Positions 61,915 through 64,000 of a stretch of 64,000 nucleotides of DNA are shown in pieces. Below the pieces are notes generated by a model. That model made no database searches. It was not told where the DNA came from and saw only the letters and a program-made list of their open reading frames with translations. Both the position numbers and the translations under genes were made by a program. The stretch is from Scyliorhinus canicula. Its lineage: Eukaryota. The stretch lies in assembly GCF_902713615.1 (NCBI RefSeq), contig NC_052162.1, forward strand, positions 131,650,653 through 131,714,652, read 5' to 3'. Position 1 is the first letter of the stretch. Each line of letters starts with the position of its first letter.

Positions 61915-62278
61915 TGGGCAGTGGTGTAATGGTATTGTTACTGGGCTAGTAATCCAGAGACCCAGGTTAATGCTCTCGGGATCTGGGATCGAATCTCCCT
62001 GTGACAGATGTTGAAATTGAATAAAAGTTTTACATTAAAAGACTAATGATGACATTGTTGATTGTTGTAAAAACCCATCTGGTTAATTAATGTCCTTTAG
62101 GAAATCTGCTCTCCTTACGTGGCCTGGCCTACATGTGACTCCAGATCCACAGCAATGTTGTGGTTGATTTGTAAGTGCCCTCTGAAATAGCCTCACAAGA
62201 CACACAGTTCAAGGGCAATGGAATGAGCAGTAAATGCTGATCCAGGCAGTGACGCCCACCTCCCATGAATGAATAAGG
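61915..62278 (+). mobile_element. Deu-domain SINE (SacSINE1-like)
   Basis: GGAAATCTGC..CTTAC..GGCCTACATGTGACTCCAGA..CACAGCAATG..GCCCTCTGAAAT central domain; (ATGA)n tail. Confidence 0.65.
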
Positions 62279-62387
62279 TTTAAGGCAGCTCATTGTTCAA
62301 TCTGAAGATTAGTAAGAAACTGTCTCTGATTGGATTTGAATTATTGTCGCGTGTACTGAGATAGAGTGAAAAGTATTGAATGAAAAG

Positions 62388-62733
62388 GGGCAGCACGGTA
62401 GCATGGTGGTTAGCATAAATGCTTCACAGCTCCAGGGTCCCAGGTTCGATTCCCGGCTGGGTCACTGTCTGTGCGGAGTCTGCACGTCCTCCCCGTGTGC
62501 GCGTGGGTTTCCTCCGGGTGCTCCGGTTTCCTCCCACAGTACAAAGATGTGCGGGTTAGGTGGATTGGCCATGCTAAATTGCCCGTAGTGTCCTAATAAA
62601 AGTAAGATTAAGGGGGGGGGTTGTTGGGTTACGGGTATAGGGTGGATACGTGGATTTGAGTAGGGTGATCATTGCTCGGCACAACATCGAAGGCCGAAGG
62701 GCCTGTTCTGTGCTGTACTGTTCTATGTTCTAT
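62388..62733 (+). mobile_element. HE1-like SINE
   Basis: Closely matches the reverse complement of 155-517. Confidence 0.88.
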
Positions 62734-63277
62734 TGTTCTGCGTACAGTCCAGACAGATCATTCCATACATGAAAAAACAAAGTGCGGATCTTGGCAGTTT
62801 GATCAGTTCACAAAAGAATTTAATGGCATTGTAGACACAGATTAACATTTTAATCACCATCCAAAACATATCTAATGGTAATGTGTGCTCATATAGACAG
62901 ACACAAACGATACTGTAACTGAATTTGAGGAAATGGCAGAGATTGAACTGAACCACATTTTTGAAAGATTCGGCCTTAATGATGGAGAAACAGGAAAAGC
63001 CACTCAGGGAGATGAGGAAATCCAGGCTCAGTGCGGATTTGCTGTCAGTTCTCCTTTCTTATACATGAACGGTATTTAGGCTGCAGAATGTTTCACACCA
63101 AAACACAGAGGGGTCAAATTTAAACAATACATAATTCTCAATTCACTTCCATTTAATGATATTTGACTTTGTTTGAAAGCTGTCTGTGGTCAATCTCAAC
63201 AAAGCATCATGGGATTTGTATTACCCAGTGAAACACTTTCTTTTCTTGGTCAGTCATGTTTGCAATTCAACAGATTC

Positions 63278-64000
63278 GACTTCCGGTCGGCGAGCGAAGC
63301 GGTCGCAGGGAGAGGGGCTCCCGCAAGCGGCAGAGAGCAGGGAAGGGACCCCCCCGGGCAGGCCGGTCGGCGGAGGAGCATCGGCAGCGGCGGCAGCGGG
63401 GCTCGGCAGCAGCGGCGGCGGCAGCGGGTCTCGGCGGCAGCGGCGGCGGCAGCGGGTCTCGGCGGCAGCGGCGGCAGAGGGGCTTGGCAGCGGCAGGTCC
63501 AACCCGGTCCAAACCCCCCCCCCCCCAACGCAGGCCAGGAGTGGTGCGGCAGCGGCAGGCCCTCTTCCCCCCCCAAACGCAGGCCAGGAGCGGTGCGGGA
63601 CCGAAGGGGGGGCCAAGCCGGAGGCAGCGACCAGGAGGCCGCGGGGTGCCAAAGAAAACTGGTAAAGAGAAAGGGGGGGAGTATATACTATTTTCTCTCT
63701 TTATACACTCGCTCACAGCAAAAGTAAGTCCATCGGAGAGGAGTTGCATAAAAGCGGGGAGGAGGAGAGAAAATAATTAAGAAATAAATAAATAAAATAA
63801 AGGGGTAAAGGAAAGAAGGGGGGGGGGAAATAAATTAAAAAAAAAAATAATAAAATAAAAATAGGGTGCGGAAAAGGGGGGGAAAGAAAAACAAGGGAAG
63901 AAGAAAAGATGAAAGGGAAGGGGGAGAAAAAAATGACACAAGGGGGCCAAGAGAAAGGGGGCACCAGAAGTGGACGGGGCAAAGGGCAAGTTAGCTCGGG
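63278..64000 (+). mobile_element. Probable 5' UTR of an L1-like LINE (CpG-rich, GGCAGC repeats), continuing beyond the window
   Basis: Abrupt start GACTTCCGG, intact CpGs, GGC repeats 63382-63495, A-rich linker; no coding proof inside the window. Confidence 0.45.

Noticed and set aside
63173-63780. Ala/Gly/Arg-rich ORFs of 108-184 aa
   Set aside because: GC-rich repeat open in all six frames; no recognisable domain

Overview
Repeat-dense vertebrate DNA, most likely from a cartilaginous fish (shark), judged from HE1-type tRNA-derived SINEs, a Deu/SacSINE1-like SINE and CR1, L2, L1, Tx1, Rex1/Babar, RTE and Penelope relics. The non-repeat content is a cluster of five paralogous tandem C2H2 zinc-finger genes: A 11682-12167 (+), B 21872-23038 (-), C 37213-37803 (-), D 41114-41815 (+), E 54953-55735 (+). 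None shows a KRAB, SCAN, BTB or ZAD domain. All five share one exon architecture: a conserved splice acceptor, a ~330-370 nt leader (longer in A because of an insertion) built from dead zinc fingers, an upstream AUG, and an in-frame stop exactly 39 nt before the canonical start position. B-E have CpG-island promoters; a duplicated CCAAT/GC-box module recurs at C/D, E and one orphan site, and C/D sit head-to-head. Other notable items: an intron-retaining tRNA-Pro-like pseudogene (TAG anticodon) fused to a SINE inside A's leader, a CR1 insertion splitting E just after a nonsense codon, several multi-level TE nests with readable TSDs, a 2.7-kb compound (CT)n-GTTGCTG microsatellite with higher-order structure, and a 595-bp tandem duplication. 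Family assignments come from motif recognition, not database searches.
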